64,000 nt of DNA from Candidatus Bathyarchaeia archaeon (GCA_050015395.1 JBEKBM010000001.1:32001-96000); one strand, 5' to 3'. Shown: positions 8,837-18,368, counted from the first letter of the stretch. Notes: generated by a model not told the origin, from the sequence alone. Numbers and translations are program-made.

Positions 8837-9151
8837 TTATTCTTCATGTTCTTTGCCCACTTGAATTAGTTTTCGGACTCTTTGCCCACCTCTATGGCCT
8901 GCTTCTTCGAGGCTTGTTTTTCCCATAGCTTCACTTGTTCCTTCATGCTGCTTGGCCCTCTCAGAACCACCTTTGCTGCCTATCTCACTGTAAAATTCTG
9001 GGCCACGTTCCTGAGAAACTTTCTCGCCGCCTTTACGACCGATTTCTTCATAAAATTCTCGCCCATGGGTTTGAGCGGTTTTTTCTCCACCTTTCCTTCC
9101 TGCCTCAGCAACAGTCATCTTGCCTTTTCTGTGCTCTTCACGCATACTCAA
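8837..9151 (-). CDS. KGG/Em-GsiB-like stress protein (longest paralog)
   Basis: Four KGG/RGG repeats; GGAGGTGA SD. Confidence 0.9.
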   Translation of the reverse strand: MSMREEHRKGKMTVAEAGRKGGEKTAQTHGREFYEEIGRKGGEKVSQERGPEFYSEIGSKGGSERAKQHEGTSEAMGKTSLEEAGHRGGQRVRKLIQVGKEHEE

Positions 9152-9221
9152 AAAAATTCACCTCCTATTAAACAACGGAAAACTTATCAATATTAGAGCC
9201 GAATAACCGCTCATAAACTTA

Positions 9222-9245
9222 TGTGGTTGTGGCATAACAGTAACA
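9222..9245. promoter_or_regulatory. Conserved dyad TGTGGTTGT-N6-ACAGTAACA upstream of TATA
   Basis: Third copy of the KGG-promoter motif. Confidence 0.65.
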
Positions 9246-9293
9246 TGCCAACTAAGCAAAATGGAAGATTATTTCATATGGACAAATTACACA

Positions 9294-9470
9294 AAAAAAC
9301 AGCTTTTTTTATGTTGAAAAGCACCGTTCTGCATGCAAAGTGCGCGGTCTTCGTTCTATGCACATCTATGTTGAATCATATTTGAAGCCTATTAGGATCA
9401 TCTAGTAGACCGGGTAGGTAGGCTGAGCACACACAAATTACCCTAAGACAAAAAACGAGAGCTAAATACA
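9294..9470 (+). repeat. Dispersed non-coding repeat A, copy 1
   Basis: About 180 bp aligns to the reverse complement of 21137-21315; core TATGTTGAAAAGCACCGTTCTGCATGCAAAGTGCGCGGTCTTCG identical. Confidence 0.9.
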
Positions 9471-9531
9471 GATTCATAAGTTAATTTAAATATCTCGGAC
9501 AGGTCAACTTTATAATCATTGGGTAACCTGA

Positions 9532-11013
9532 ATGAAAGTGCTTCTCATCAATCCGCCGCAAGTATTTTATCCAGGTTCTGAACAACCAGCAGGCAATCTG
9601 CCTCTTGGTTTAATGTACATCGCTGCGATGCTTGACAAAGCAGGTTACAAAACTGAAATTTTAGATGCTTTTATGAGTGATAGCTCATTCCTGAAAAACG
9701 GCGAAACCATAAACGTTGGCATGCCATTTGAGCGGATAAAGCAGGAAATTTACAGTCGGAAGCCAGACATTGTTGGTATAGCAGGACCATTCACTTGCCA
9801 AATAGAAAACTCAGTTAAAATAAGTAACTTAGCCAAGCAAGTTGACTCAGGCATTTTAACAGTTGTAGGCGGTCCACACGTAACCACGGTGCCAAAAGAG
9901 TTTCTTGAAGAGGCAAAAAACGTTGACATTGCGGTGACAGGCGAAGGCGAATACACAATGCCTGAATTAGCTCAGTATTTTGAAGGCAAAAAACAGTTAA
10001 GCGAAATTCTCGGCGTCGCCTACCGTAAAGATGGAGAAATCATAATAAATTCACCGAGGCCTTTCATTAAAAACTTGGATGAGCTTCCCTACCCAGCCTA
10101 CGACCTAGTGAATATGGAGCAGTACCTAAGCCCCAAAAGGATAGGTTACCGCAGCTTCAGAAACAGGGCAATATCAATGATTACCAGCAGGGGTTGCCCC
10201 TTTAACTGCTGTTTCTGCTCGGTCCATTTGCACATGGGCAAGCAGTTTAGGGCACACTCCGCAAATTACGTGCTCAACCATATCCAGTTTGTTGTGGAAA
10301 AATTTAATGTTAAGAACATTTTTTTTGAAGATGATAACCTAACTTTTGATCTTGCAAGGTTCGAAGCTGTCTGCGACGGCTTAATTGAGAAAAAAATCAA
10401 GATCGGTTGGGAAACGCCAAACGGAGTCCGAGCAGACTGCTTAAACTTGAATCTGCTGGAAAAAATGAAAAAGTCAGGTTGCCAAAGCGTCTTTTTCGGC
10501 GTTGAGTCAGGCGACCAGCAAATCTTAAACAATGTAATCTGCAAAAGCCTAGACTTGAACCGCGTAGTTGAAGTTGCGAAAATCTGCAAAGACATCGGTC
10601 TGAAAACAGGCGCATTCTACATTATTGGCTTTCCAGGCGAAAAGAAAGAGAACATGCAGAAAACCGTTGATTTTGCCCTAAAGCTCAAACGCGATTTTGA
10701 TGTCGGCATGCACCTTTTCTTTGCGACGCCATCTTATGGGACAAGGCTATATGATGAATGTAAGGCTAAAGGGTATATTCAGGGAGATTTGACTTGGAAC
10801 TCCTTTGCTGAGGCTCGTCAGCCAAAAGGCATGCCGTTGATTTCAACTGAGGATTTTACCTCTCAAGAAGTGAAAGAGATAGCGGCTAAGGCGCTTGAGG
10901 AGTATAAGAAATTATCTTTACTGAATCACATTAAAAATCCACGGAAAGCGTTGAAGACAGCATTTGATCAGCCGCAACTCATTTTGAAATATATTAGAAA
11001 CCTGTTTGGCTAA
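9532..11013 (+). CDS. B12-binding domain radical SAM protein
   Basis: PLGLMYIAA, VVGGPHVT, GEGE, TSRGCPFNCCFC, FGVESG. Confidence 0.92.
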   Translation: MKVLLINPPQVFYPGSEQPAGNLPLGLMYIAAMLDKAGYKTEILDAFMSDSSFLKNGETINVGMPFERIKQEIYSRKPDIVGIAGPFTCQIENSVKISNLAKQVDSGILTVVGGPHVTTVPKEFLEEAKNVDIAVTGEGEYTMPELAQYFEGKKQLSEILGVAYRKDGEIIINSPRPFIKNLDELPYPAYDLVNMEQYLSPKRIGYRSFRNRAISMITSRGCPFNCCFCSVHLHMGKQFRAHSANYVLNHIQFVVEKFNVKNIFFEDDNLTFDLARFEAVCDGLIEKKIKIGWETPNGVRADCLNLNLLEKMKKSGCQSVFFGVESGDQQILNNVICKSLDLNRVVEVAKICKDIGLKTGAFYIIGFPGEKKENMQKTVDFALKLKRDFDVGMHLFFATPSYGTRLYDECKAKGYIQGDLTWNSFAEARQPKGMPLISTEDFTSQEVKEIAAKALEEYKKLSLLNHIKNPRKALKTAFDQPQLILKYIRNLFG

Positions 11014-11112
11014 AATAGCGTTAACAACAAAAATGGAACCATGCTGTATATATTAACGTGCATATTGAGGCAAAATGCCAAAGCTTATATTGATACATGA
11101 GACACAATATAC

Positions 11113-11388
11113 TTGGTGATTTGCAGGATGAAGAGGCATGAAGCAGTCGCTTTTTTAAAAGAAATTACCAATACTTGCGAAAACATGTCGCCTGATTCTG
11201 TTATCTTATTTCATTCAAAAATGGATGAGCAAAACTCAACAGGATATCAAGTGCATATTAAAACAGTCCTTGATAGTGAAACTAAACAGCAGATACGAAA
11301 TATTGCTGAAAAACACAGCTTAGCATTAAAAGAAGAAAAAGGAAAACTGGTTATCTACAAACCTAAAGTAGTCACTAAAACAACTTAA
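11113..11388 (+). CDS. Small hypothetical protein
   Basis: ORF track; plausible TATA upstream; probable start ATG (MKRHEAV). Confidence 0.6.
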   Translation: MVICRMKRHEAVAFLKEITNTCENMSPDSVILFHSKMDEQNSTGYQVHIKTVLDSETKQQIRNIAEKHSLALKEEKGKLVIYKPKVVTKTT

Positions 11389-11510
11389 TATGCTATCTTG
11401 AAGCTGGTACCACACTTGTCACAAGTGTAAACTGCTACACAAAACAAGTCGTTTTCCAGCTTCCTATCTGGCTTGGTGAGGTTTTTTCCACAGTTTTGAC
11501 AGGTAACCAT
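11385..11510 (-). CDS. 41-aa zinc-ribbon microprotein (CQNCG...CDKCG)
   Basis: Manual translation MVTCQNCGKNLTKPDRKLENDLFCVAVYTCDKCGTSFKIAY*. Confidence 0.65.
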   Translation of the reverse strand: MVTCQNCGKNLTKPDRKLENDLFCVAVYTCDKCGTSFKIAY

Positions 11511-11623
11511 GCAGGCACACTTGCGAGAGTTTCATTTTACATTAGCAAAAGCACTATAAGAAAACTTGTTGTCTCACCCACACTACCACAACCACATCAC
11601 CGCTATATTGTAAAGCAAAGAAG

Positions 11624-11720
11624 CGGGCCCGCTGGGATTTGAACCCAGGATTTTCGGCTAACCCCCGCTTTGAGAAGCGTCCGGAGGCCGACGCCTTAAT
11701 CCGTACTAGACTACGGGCCC
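11624..11720 (-). tRNA. tRNA-Arg(CCG) with ~21-nt intron at canonical 37/38 position
   Basis: GGGCCCG acceptor stem, TCGGC-CT-CCG-G[intron]A-GCCGA anticodon arm, GGTTCAAATCC T-arm; no encoded CCA. Confidence 0.9.
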
Positions 11721-11766
11721 ACAGTTTACAAACCAAACATGCCCAATTAATTTAAAGCTAACCTTG

Positions 11767-12267
11767 TTATTCTTGGATTAACTCTTCGTCTATCCACCAA
11801 GCCTTCTTCTTCCCAGACCTTTCGCCCGCATAATACTCGATTACTGGTTTTCCAACTTGTTTTTTGGAGGTTTTCTGGATTTTTCTAAGCCTGTTAAGTA
11901 TGAGCCACCTGTTGGTTTTAACGTAAGCAGCCAACTCAGGCGTAGTTGCGCTCTTGTAATGAAGCAGGTACTCCATTATTTTATGATCCACCTCATCGAT
12001 GCAAAAAGAGTGCGGGTTAATCTTTCCATGCTGAAACGTGAGCAGTTCCAAATCGGCTAGGTATTTTCTGATTTGCCCGAACTCCTGCTCTATTTTGCCC
12101 ATTCTCTCTTCTAGGGCTAAAAGTTTGTCTGCTTTAGGCGTTTTCTGAAGTTTCTCACTTATGGCTTCCCTGATAAAGTTGCTTCTGTCACCTTCAGGAA
12201 TACGCAGCGCCATTTCGAGGTAGACTTCTTCAGGTATTTTGACTGAAACTATTCTAACTTCGCTCAA
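11767..12267 (-). CDS. RHH (CopG-like) + coiled coil + wHTH DNA-binding protein
   Basis: IVSVKIPEEVY...RSNFIREAI; TTPELAAYVKTNRWLILNRL. Confidence 0.7.
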   Translation of the reverse strand: MSEVRIVSVKIPEEVYLEMALRIPEGDRSNFIREAISEKLQKTPKADKLLALEERMGKIEQEFGQIRKYLADLELLTFQHGKINPHSFCIDEVDHKIMEYLLHYKSATTPELAAYVKTNRWLILNRLRKIQKTSKKQVGKPVIEYYAGERSGKKKAWWIDEELIQE

Positions 12268-12374
12268 TAGAGGCTCTCCTCAGCCACGTAATATTCGCCT
12301 TTGTGTATTTCATTTTTTCTATAACCTAACGCTCGAATTTGTGAAAAACTTATGCGCACAGCTATTTTGTTCAG

Positions 12375-12713
12375 GGTTGGATGCGTGGAAGCCATTGGGG
12401 TCCACTTATGCCGGTTGGATTAAAAGCGTCTAAATGTACTGCTTTTGATGGTACACCTTGGATTGTTGCTTTAGGGTTCCAGCTTGCGAACGGTAAAATC
12501 TCAAGTGACCATGAATGCAAACCGCTTATCGCTGACTTATTTGATGATCCTGCCTCTATTGCTAGACATGAAGCAATAAACAACGGTACCATGTTAAGAC
12601 GGATGGGTGAGTTTTGAACCAGCACGGTTAAGCGCTGAAGACATGGAGTATACGGCAATACAGCACGTTCTGCAGAAAATGACAAACGATTTATGCCATT
12701 AAATCAAAGCTAA
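12375..12713 (+). pseudogene. fbp: C-terminal remnant of class V fructose-1,6-bisphosphate aldolase/phosphatase
   Basis: GWMRGSHWGPLMPV...FDG...ALGFQLANGK...DLFDDP...RRMGEF, then frameshift to EPARLSAEDMEYT; N-terminal part absent. Confidence 0.85.
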
Positions 12714-12715
12714 AT

Positions 12716-13285
12716 TTACTCAGTGTAAACTGGTTGGTCTGCCAATTTAGCTAATGCTATATATCGTTGCTTAACGATTTCATGCAATTGCCTGCGCAGG
12801 TCCTCTCCAACCACATTTCTTTGTTTTAATAATGCAACCTTTTTTGCTAATTCTACGTCTCCGAGTCCGTTGAACCAGGCTTCAAAGTCTCCACGTTTTG
12901 TATGGAATTCTATTGATGCAATGTCTGCTTTTTCAACTTTATTGGCAAAATCACGAAGGTTGTGAGCGTGCAAGTTTAGTGGTTTTCCAATGTCAGCGTA
13001 GAAGTTGAATGCTATATCATGTGGCGAATAAGCCAATATGGCAGTGGCTTTTTCTTTGTTGGTTTCCGGTAAACCGAGGGCTTCTTTTCCTTTCTCAGTT
13101 ATAACGTATTGTCCTTTTTCAGGTGAGCTTACATATCCCATGCGAGCTAGCCCTAAAAGATGCATCATTACAGGAGGAAACTCTTTTTTGGTTTCTTTCG
13201 CGATTTCCATGGCTCTCATGGGTTTTTCATATAGCAACATGGTTTCAAGTATCTCTTGTTTAACGGGTGATAAACTCATTTGCAA
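12716..13285 (-). CDS. Winged-helix protein fused to DUF5752-like domain
   Basis: N-terminal wHTH (YVITEKGKEAL); C-terminal AFNFY...SIEFH...GDFEAW. Confidence 0.75.
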   Translation of the reverse strand: MQMSLSPVKQEILETMLLYEKPMRAMEIAKETKKEFPPVMMHLLGLARMGYVSSPEKGQYVITEKGKEALGLPETNKEKATAILAYSPHDIAFNFYADIGKPLNLHAHNLRDFANKVEKADIASIEFHTKRGDFEAWFNGLGDVELAKKVALLKQRNVVGEDLRRQLHEIVKQRYIALAKLADQPVYTE

Positions 13286-13428
13286 GCACCTTGCCTGCTA
13301 GTGCTATGCAGAACCGTCTAATCAAACTTTTCCTTAACTCTTTTGAGCTTTCTTCGATTTCAAGTTTGCTTCGGCAGATAAGCAAAGCTTTAGTATAGTG
13401 ATTGTCAATGCTAATGGTACATTGGTGA

Positions 13429-14688
13429 ATGGTTAGGATGAAACTTGCTGTTTTCGTTTACGAGTACCCGCCTAAAATAGTTGGTGGATTAGGCACCTAT
13501 GCAGCGGAGATAACACGAAAGTTCGTTTTGGACGATCACGATGTAACGGTTTTTACTATGAATGATGATGCAGGTTCTTTGCCGACTAGAGAAATTTGGC
13601 GTGGAATAGAGATTCATCGTCCATTGCACATTGACATTTCAGACTCGCTTCCAGACGTGATTGCTGAAGACATTAAAAAATGGGGCAGAGGATTACATTT
13701 TTTCGGCAAACTAATGGTTTATAATTATTTGTCAGCGGCTAAACTCATCAACGAGTTAATAAAGAAAGAAGGCATGAAATACGACATTGTTGTTGCGCAT
13801 GATTGGCTTTCCGCTATGGGCGGGATTACAGTTAAAAGAGAAACTGGTTTGCCTTTAGCTTTCCATGTTCACTCAACTGAGAAAGGTCGAACCTTAGGAA
13901 ATGGCTCAGGCGTAGTTAGCAACATAGAATTGCGCGCGGGCAAAATGGCTGATATGGTTGTAACAGTATCGTACGCCATGAAAGATGAGCTTATACAGCT
14001 TGGTTTTCCAAGAGAAAAGATTCAAGTAAGCTACAACGGTGTTGACCCACAAAAATATAATCCTGAAAACGTTTCTTCCGAGAACATCAAGCGAATCCGA
14101 AGCAAATATGGCATAAAAGATAATGAACTAATGATTCTTTTCCTTGGCAGGCTCGTAGGCGTCAAAGGCGTTGATAAACTCATAATGGCGATACCGCATA
14201 TTCTAACCAAGATTCCTAATGCAAGACTGGTAATTGTAGGTGTAGGCGACCTTCAAGAATACTTAACAAACCTCACTAGAACCATGCGGCTTGACGAGTA
14301 TATTAAATTCTGTTTCGACTTTATCCCAGAGGAAGAACGAATACTACATTATGCTGCATGCGACATAGCAGTTTTCCCCAGCCACTACGAACCATTTGGT
14401 ATTGTAGCTCTTGAAGCGATGAGCATGGAGAAGCCAGTTGTCGTTGGCGCCGCTGGCGTCAGCGGAATGCGTGAAATCGTAATTTGCTGCGGTGAAGAAC
14501 AATGCGGTTACCACGTAGATCCAAATAACCCGTCTGATATTGCATGGGGAGTAATCAGCGCTTTAGAAAGCCCTGAAAGGCGCAAGGTGCTTGGCAAAAA
14601 TGGCAGGAAACGTGTTCTAGCCGAGTTCACTTGGAGCAAAATTGCCGAGAAAACCTTGGAACTTTACGAAACAATAGTGAAAAGCTGA
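13429..14688 (+). CDS. GT4 glycosyltransferase (glycogen synthase-like)
   Basis: EYPPKIVGGLG, AHDW, HSTE, EPFGIVALEAM. Confidence 0.9.
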   Translation: MVRMKLAVFVYEYPPKIVGGLGTYAAEITRKFVLDDHDVTVFTMNDDAGSLPTREIWRGIEIHRPLHIDISDSLPDVIAEDIKKWGRGLHFFGKLMVYNYLSAAKLINELIKKEGMKYDIVVAHDWLSAMGGITVKRETGLPLAFHVHSTEKGRTLGNGSGVVSNIELRAGKMADMVVTVSYAMKDELIQLGFPREKIQVSYNGVDPQKYNPENVSSENIKRIRSKYGIKDNELMILFLGRLVGVKGVDKLIMAIPHILTKIPNARLVIVGVGDLQEYLTNLTRTMRLDEYIKFCFDFIPEEERILHYAACDIAVFPSHYEPFGIVALEAMSMEKPVVVGAAGVSGMREIVICCGEEQCGYHVDPNNPSDIAWGVISALESPERRKVLGKNGRKRVLAEFTWSKIAEKTLELYETIVKS

Positions 14689-14697
14689 TAACAGCGC

Positions 14698-15321
14698 TTG
14701 GTAACAATGACTGCTGACTTTGACTTAAAGTGCAGAGTCGCAAGAGAAGCTGCCACTTTACTTTATTTTGGCGCTGAAAAAGAATACAAACAAGCTAAAG
14801 AAAAAGCTGCAAAAACTTTGGGCGCGCACTTTTTGCCTTCTAACCTTGAAGTTGCTCTTGAACTGGACAAAATAGCTGAAGAAAACGAAGGCGCAAAAAG
14901 AAAAGAGCGCCTGATTCAAATGCGAAAGGAAGCCCTAAAGATAATGAAGCTTCTTGATGCTTATTGTCCTGTTTTAATTGGGAGCGTTTGGCGGGGAACG
15001 ATAAGGCAGGGAAGCGACATTGACATTGCCGTTTATACGGACGTGCCAGAAGAAATCGTAAAAATCCTCAAAGCTGAGAGGATTAAAATTTCAAAAACGG
15101 CTTGGACAACTGTAAACAAGCGTGGAATAACTTTGGCGTCATTTCATATATACGCTGAGACTTCAGCTGAACATGGACTTGAGATTGTTGCTCGAAGCTC
15201 TGAGGAAGCAGGGAAAAAGAGAAAGTGCGAGGTTTTCGGTGATGAAATGAAGGGTTTAAAGGTTCAGGAACTCGAAAAAGTTCTTAAAACTAACCCAACC
15301 CAACGATTCCTTCCATTATAA
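14698..15321 (+). CDS. Nucleotidyltransferase-domain protein
   Basis: LIGSVWRG...SDIDI Pol-beta motif. Confidence 0.8.
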   Translation: MVTMTADFDLKCRVAREAATLLYFGAEKEYKQAKEKAAKTLGAHFLPSNLEVALELDKIAEENEGAKRKERLIQMRKEALKIMKLLDAYCPVLIGSVWRGTIRQGSDIDIAVYTDVPEEIVKILKAERIKISKTAWTTVNKRGITLASFHIYAETSAEHGLEIVARSSEEAGKKRKCEVFGDEMKGLKVQELEKVLKTNPTQRFLPL

Positions 15322-15400
15322 TTCTCGCTGAATCTTGTTTTCCATCAAAAAAGCACATAAAGAACATATTTGATATTTATTTTTGAATAACTGATGAAAA

Positions 15401-15796
15401 ATGGCAACGGATAAAAAATCGCTCAAGAAAATGTTTCCACACCTCTACAAGGAACTTGAAACAGGAGACGCCAAGGTACCAATTAACGCCGTACGAAAAA
15501 ACCCACAAGAAGCCGAGGACGCTGTCGAGTGTGAAGAGTGCGAGGAAGAGGAGTTTGCCTCCTGCACTGAGACGCCTGATAAGCTGCGTCATTTTAATCC
15601 TTCCGCCGTAGATTTTATCCGCCGATGTGACACAGAAGCGCAAGCGGAAGAAATAATTGCTTACCTGCAGAAGAAAGGTGAAATAACCAAAGAGTATGCT
15701 GAAGAACTGCGGTGTCAGCTTAAACGTGAAGGCGTAAGAAGCTTTGGTCCCAAAAAAGAAGAGAACTATTACTTTAGAGAAGGCGGAATTTACTAA
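15401..15796 (+). CDS. DUF2095-family protein
   Basis: FPHLYKEL, P.AVDFIRRC.TE..A.EII.YL...GEI, GVRSFG. Confidence 0.8.
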   Translation: MATDKKSLKKMFPHLYKELETGDAKVPINAVRKNPQEAEDAVECEECEEEEFASCTETPDKLRHFNPSAVDFIRRCDTEAQAEEIIAYLQKKGEITKEYAEELRCQLKREGVRSFGPKKEENYYFREGGIY

Positions 15797-16004
15797 ACGT
15801 TTAAGCTTGGAAACCAAAAGATCGTGGGCAATTCAAGCAATTGATGCTAAAGCTATGCAACATTAATTGCTTTAAGACAATAATGCTATAACTTTTTTCA
15901 AGCGCTAGATTTGCTGCTTGTTTATTGGTTTGCTTGTATTTTTGTCGGAAAATTAATTAAGTTAGAGTCTGTACAAGTGACTCACAAAAAATAGGTGATA
16001 GTTA

Positions 16005-17024
16005 ATGGCTATAAAAGTAGGAATTAACGGATTCGGAAGAATCGGAAGGCTTCTTTACCGCGCAGCACTCGAACGCAACGCAAAAATTGATTTCGTAGCA
16101 ATCAACGATCTCGCAGACGCCAAAACAAATGCTCATCTTCTCAAATATGACTCAATCCACGGGCGCTTCCCCGGCACAGTCGAAGTCAACGGCAACGACA
16201 TGGTCGTCAACGGAAAAACCCTCAAATGTCTCAGCGTAAAAGACCCAGCAGCACTGCCATGGAAAGACCTTGGAGTTTACTTAGCAGTAGAATCCACTGG
16301 CTTGTTTACCAACCGTGAAGGTGCAAGTAAACATTTTCAAGCAGGAGCAAAGAAGGTTCTCATCAGCGCGCCAGCAGAAGACCCAGATGCAACCTTTGTG
16401 TTAGGCGTAAATGATAAGTCGTATGACCCCGAAAAACACAATATCTTAAGCAACGCTTCATGCACAACAAACTGTCTAGCACCAATCAGCAAGGTATTAG
16501 TCGACAACTTTGGCTTAGAAAAAGGCTTAATGACAACATGCCACAGCTACACAAACGACCAAAAAGTCCAAGACCTTGTCCACAAAGACCCACGCAGAGC
16601 AAGAGCAGCAGCAATCAACATCATCCCAACAAGCACTGGTGCAGCAAAAGCAATCGGCTTAGTTTTGCCAAGTTGCGCTGGAAAAATGAATGGCTATTCC
16701 CTGCGTGTGCCTACAGCAGACGTATCCATTGTTGACTTAACCGCTATATTAGGCAAAGAAGTCACCAAAGACGAAATTAACGCAGCCATGAAGAAAGCCG
16801 CAGCAGGCCCACTTAAAGGCATCTTACAGTACACTGAAGACCCAATCGTTTCAACCGACGTACTACACAGCACTTACTCAGCAGTCCTAGATGCACAATT
16901 AACCATGGTTTTAGGCGAAAAGAGCAACTTCGTTAAAGTCTTCGCATGGTACGATAACGAATGGGGCTTTAGCAACCGCATGGTTGAATTCATCGAAATG
17001 ATCGGCGAAAAAGCAGGCTTTTAA
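16005..17024 (+). CDS. gap: Type I (bacterial-type) glyceraldehyde-3-phosphate dehydrogenase
   Basis: [31 protein letters not shown]. Confidence 0.97.
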   Translation: MAIKVGINGFGRIGRLLYRAALERNAKIDFVAINDLADAKTNAHLLKYDSIHGRFPGTVEVNGNDMVVNGKTLKCLSVKDPAALPWKDLGVYLAVESTGLFTNREGASKHFQAGAKKVLISAPAEDPDATFVLGVNDKSYDPEKHNILSNASCTTNCLAPISKVLVDNFGLEKGLMTTCHSYTNDQKVQDLVHKDPRRARAAAINIIPTSTGAAKAIGLVLPSCAGKMNGYSLRVPTADVSIVDLTAILGKEVTKDEINAAMKKAAAGPLKGILQYTEDPIVSTDVLHSTYSAVLDAQLTMVLGEKSNFVKVFAWYDNEWGFSNRMVEFIEMIGEKAGF

Positions 17025-17099
17025 GCAAGCAAACAAGCTTAAATCCTTCCTATCTTTTTCTTTTCTAACTGAAAAATAATAAAAAATAACCTAAAAGAA

Positions 17100-18341
17100 G
17101 TGAAAAGCATGGCTAAATACAAAACCCTAGATGATTTTGACGTAAAGAACAAAGTAGTCCTAGTCAGAGTTGACTTTAACTCAGAAATCGACCCTCAAAC
17201 CAAGAAAGTCACAAGCGACGTGCGCATAAGACCATACGCTGAAACAACACTTAAAGAGCTCGCTGAAAAAGGCGCCAAAACCGTTGTCCTAGCACATCAA
17301 GGACGCAAAGGAGACCCAGACTACACACCACTAAAACAACACGCGGAAATACTGCAGAAAATCCTTAAATGTCCAGTAAAATACGTCGACGACGTCTTCG
17401 GCGAAAAAGCAAAAAACGCCATCAAAAACCTGCAAGCCGGAGAAATCCTAGTTCTTGAAAACGTACGCTCCTGGGATGGAGAAACCAAAAACGGCACACC
17501 AGAACAACAAAGCAAAACTGAACTCGTCCAAAACCTCGCACCACTCGCGGATTTGTTCGTTAACGATGCTTTTGCCGCTGCACACCGTGCGCACGTTTCA
17601 ATGGTTGGCTTCACTGCAGTGTTGCCAAGTGCTGCCGGGCGCATTATGGAGCGAGAACTGAAAAGTTTAAGCAAAGCATTGGAAAAGCCTGAGAAGCCGT
17701 CGGTTTACGTTATGGGTGGAGCAAAAGCCGATGACAGCCTTGAAATCAGCAAGTACGTTCTCGGCAACGGCATAGCAGATTACGTACTTGTAGGCGGCGT
17801 AACCTCTCAATTGTTCCTTGCGGCAAAAGGCGTTGATTTGGGCAAGAAGACAATGGATTTTCTCGCAAAAAAAGAGTTAACAGGCTTAATTCCAGGAATT
17901 AAAGCGTTAATGGAGCAGTACGGCGATAAGGTTGTCGTACCAGTTGATGTTGCTTTAGACGTGAATGGTAAACGCAAAGAAATCCCCGTAAGCAAACTGC
18001 CAACTGAGTACTCAATCTTTGACATAGGCGCAAAAACCGTCGAGAACTATTCAAAAATCATCTCGAACGCTAAATCCATCGTTGTCAGCGGACCAATGGG
18101 AGTTTACGAAAACAAAGAATTCAACTATGGCACCAAAAAAGTCTTCGAAGCCATCGCAAACAGCAAAGCCTTCAGCCTAGCAGGCGGCGGAAACACCATC
18201 GCGGCCATACAAGAATACGGCTTAAGCAAAAAAATCGGCTACATAAGCACAGCAGGCGGAGCACTAATCGAATTCTTAATGGGCAAAAAACTGCCAGGCG
18301 TTGCAGCTCTAGAAACAGCTACTAAGACTAAGAAAATCTAA
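17100..18341 (+). CDS. pgk: Phosphoglycerate kinase
   Basis: VRVDFN, AHQGR, LENVR, NDAFAAAHR, GGAK, STAGGA. Confidence 0.97.
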   Translation: MKSMAKYKTLDDFDVKNKVVLVRVDFNSEIDPQTKKVTSDVRIRPYAETTLKELAEKGAKTVVLAHQGRKGDPDYTPLKQHAEILQKILKCPVKYVDDVFGEKAKNAIKNLQAGEILVLENVRSWDGETKNGTPEQQSKTELVQNLAPLADLFVNDAFAAAHRAHVSMVGFTAVLPSAAGRIMERELKSLSKALEKPEKPSVYVMGGAKADDSLEISKYVLGNGIADYVLVGGVTSQLFLAAKGVDLGKKTMDFLAKKELTGLIPGIKALMEQYGDKVVVPVDVALDVNGKRKEIPVSKLPTEYSIFDIGAKTVENYSKIISNAKSIVVSGPMGVYENKEFNYGTKKVFEAIANSKAFSLAGGGNTIAAIQEYGLSKKIGYISTAGGALIEFLMGKKLPGVAALETATKTKKI

Positions 18342-18368
18342 CTTTATTTTTCTTTATTTTTTATTGCT

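Noticed and set aside
6829-9151. Recurrent near-identical segments suggesting a CRISPR array
   Set aside because: The repeats are in-frame coding units of KGG proteins; no unique spacers, constant period or cas genes
7342-9196. Plus-strand Phe/Ser-rich ORFs (7342, 7446, 8091, 8882, 8935)
   Set aside because: Antisense shadows of purine-rich KGG/DUF2795 genes
11554-11736. 60-aa ORF
   Set aside because: Overlaps tRNA-Arg
12371-12685. 104-aa minus-strand ORF
   Set aside because: Antisense to the FBP aldolase/phosphatase remnant
15377-15817. 146-aa hydrophobic minus-strand ORF
   Set aside because: Antisense shadow of DUF2095
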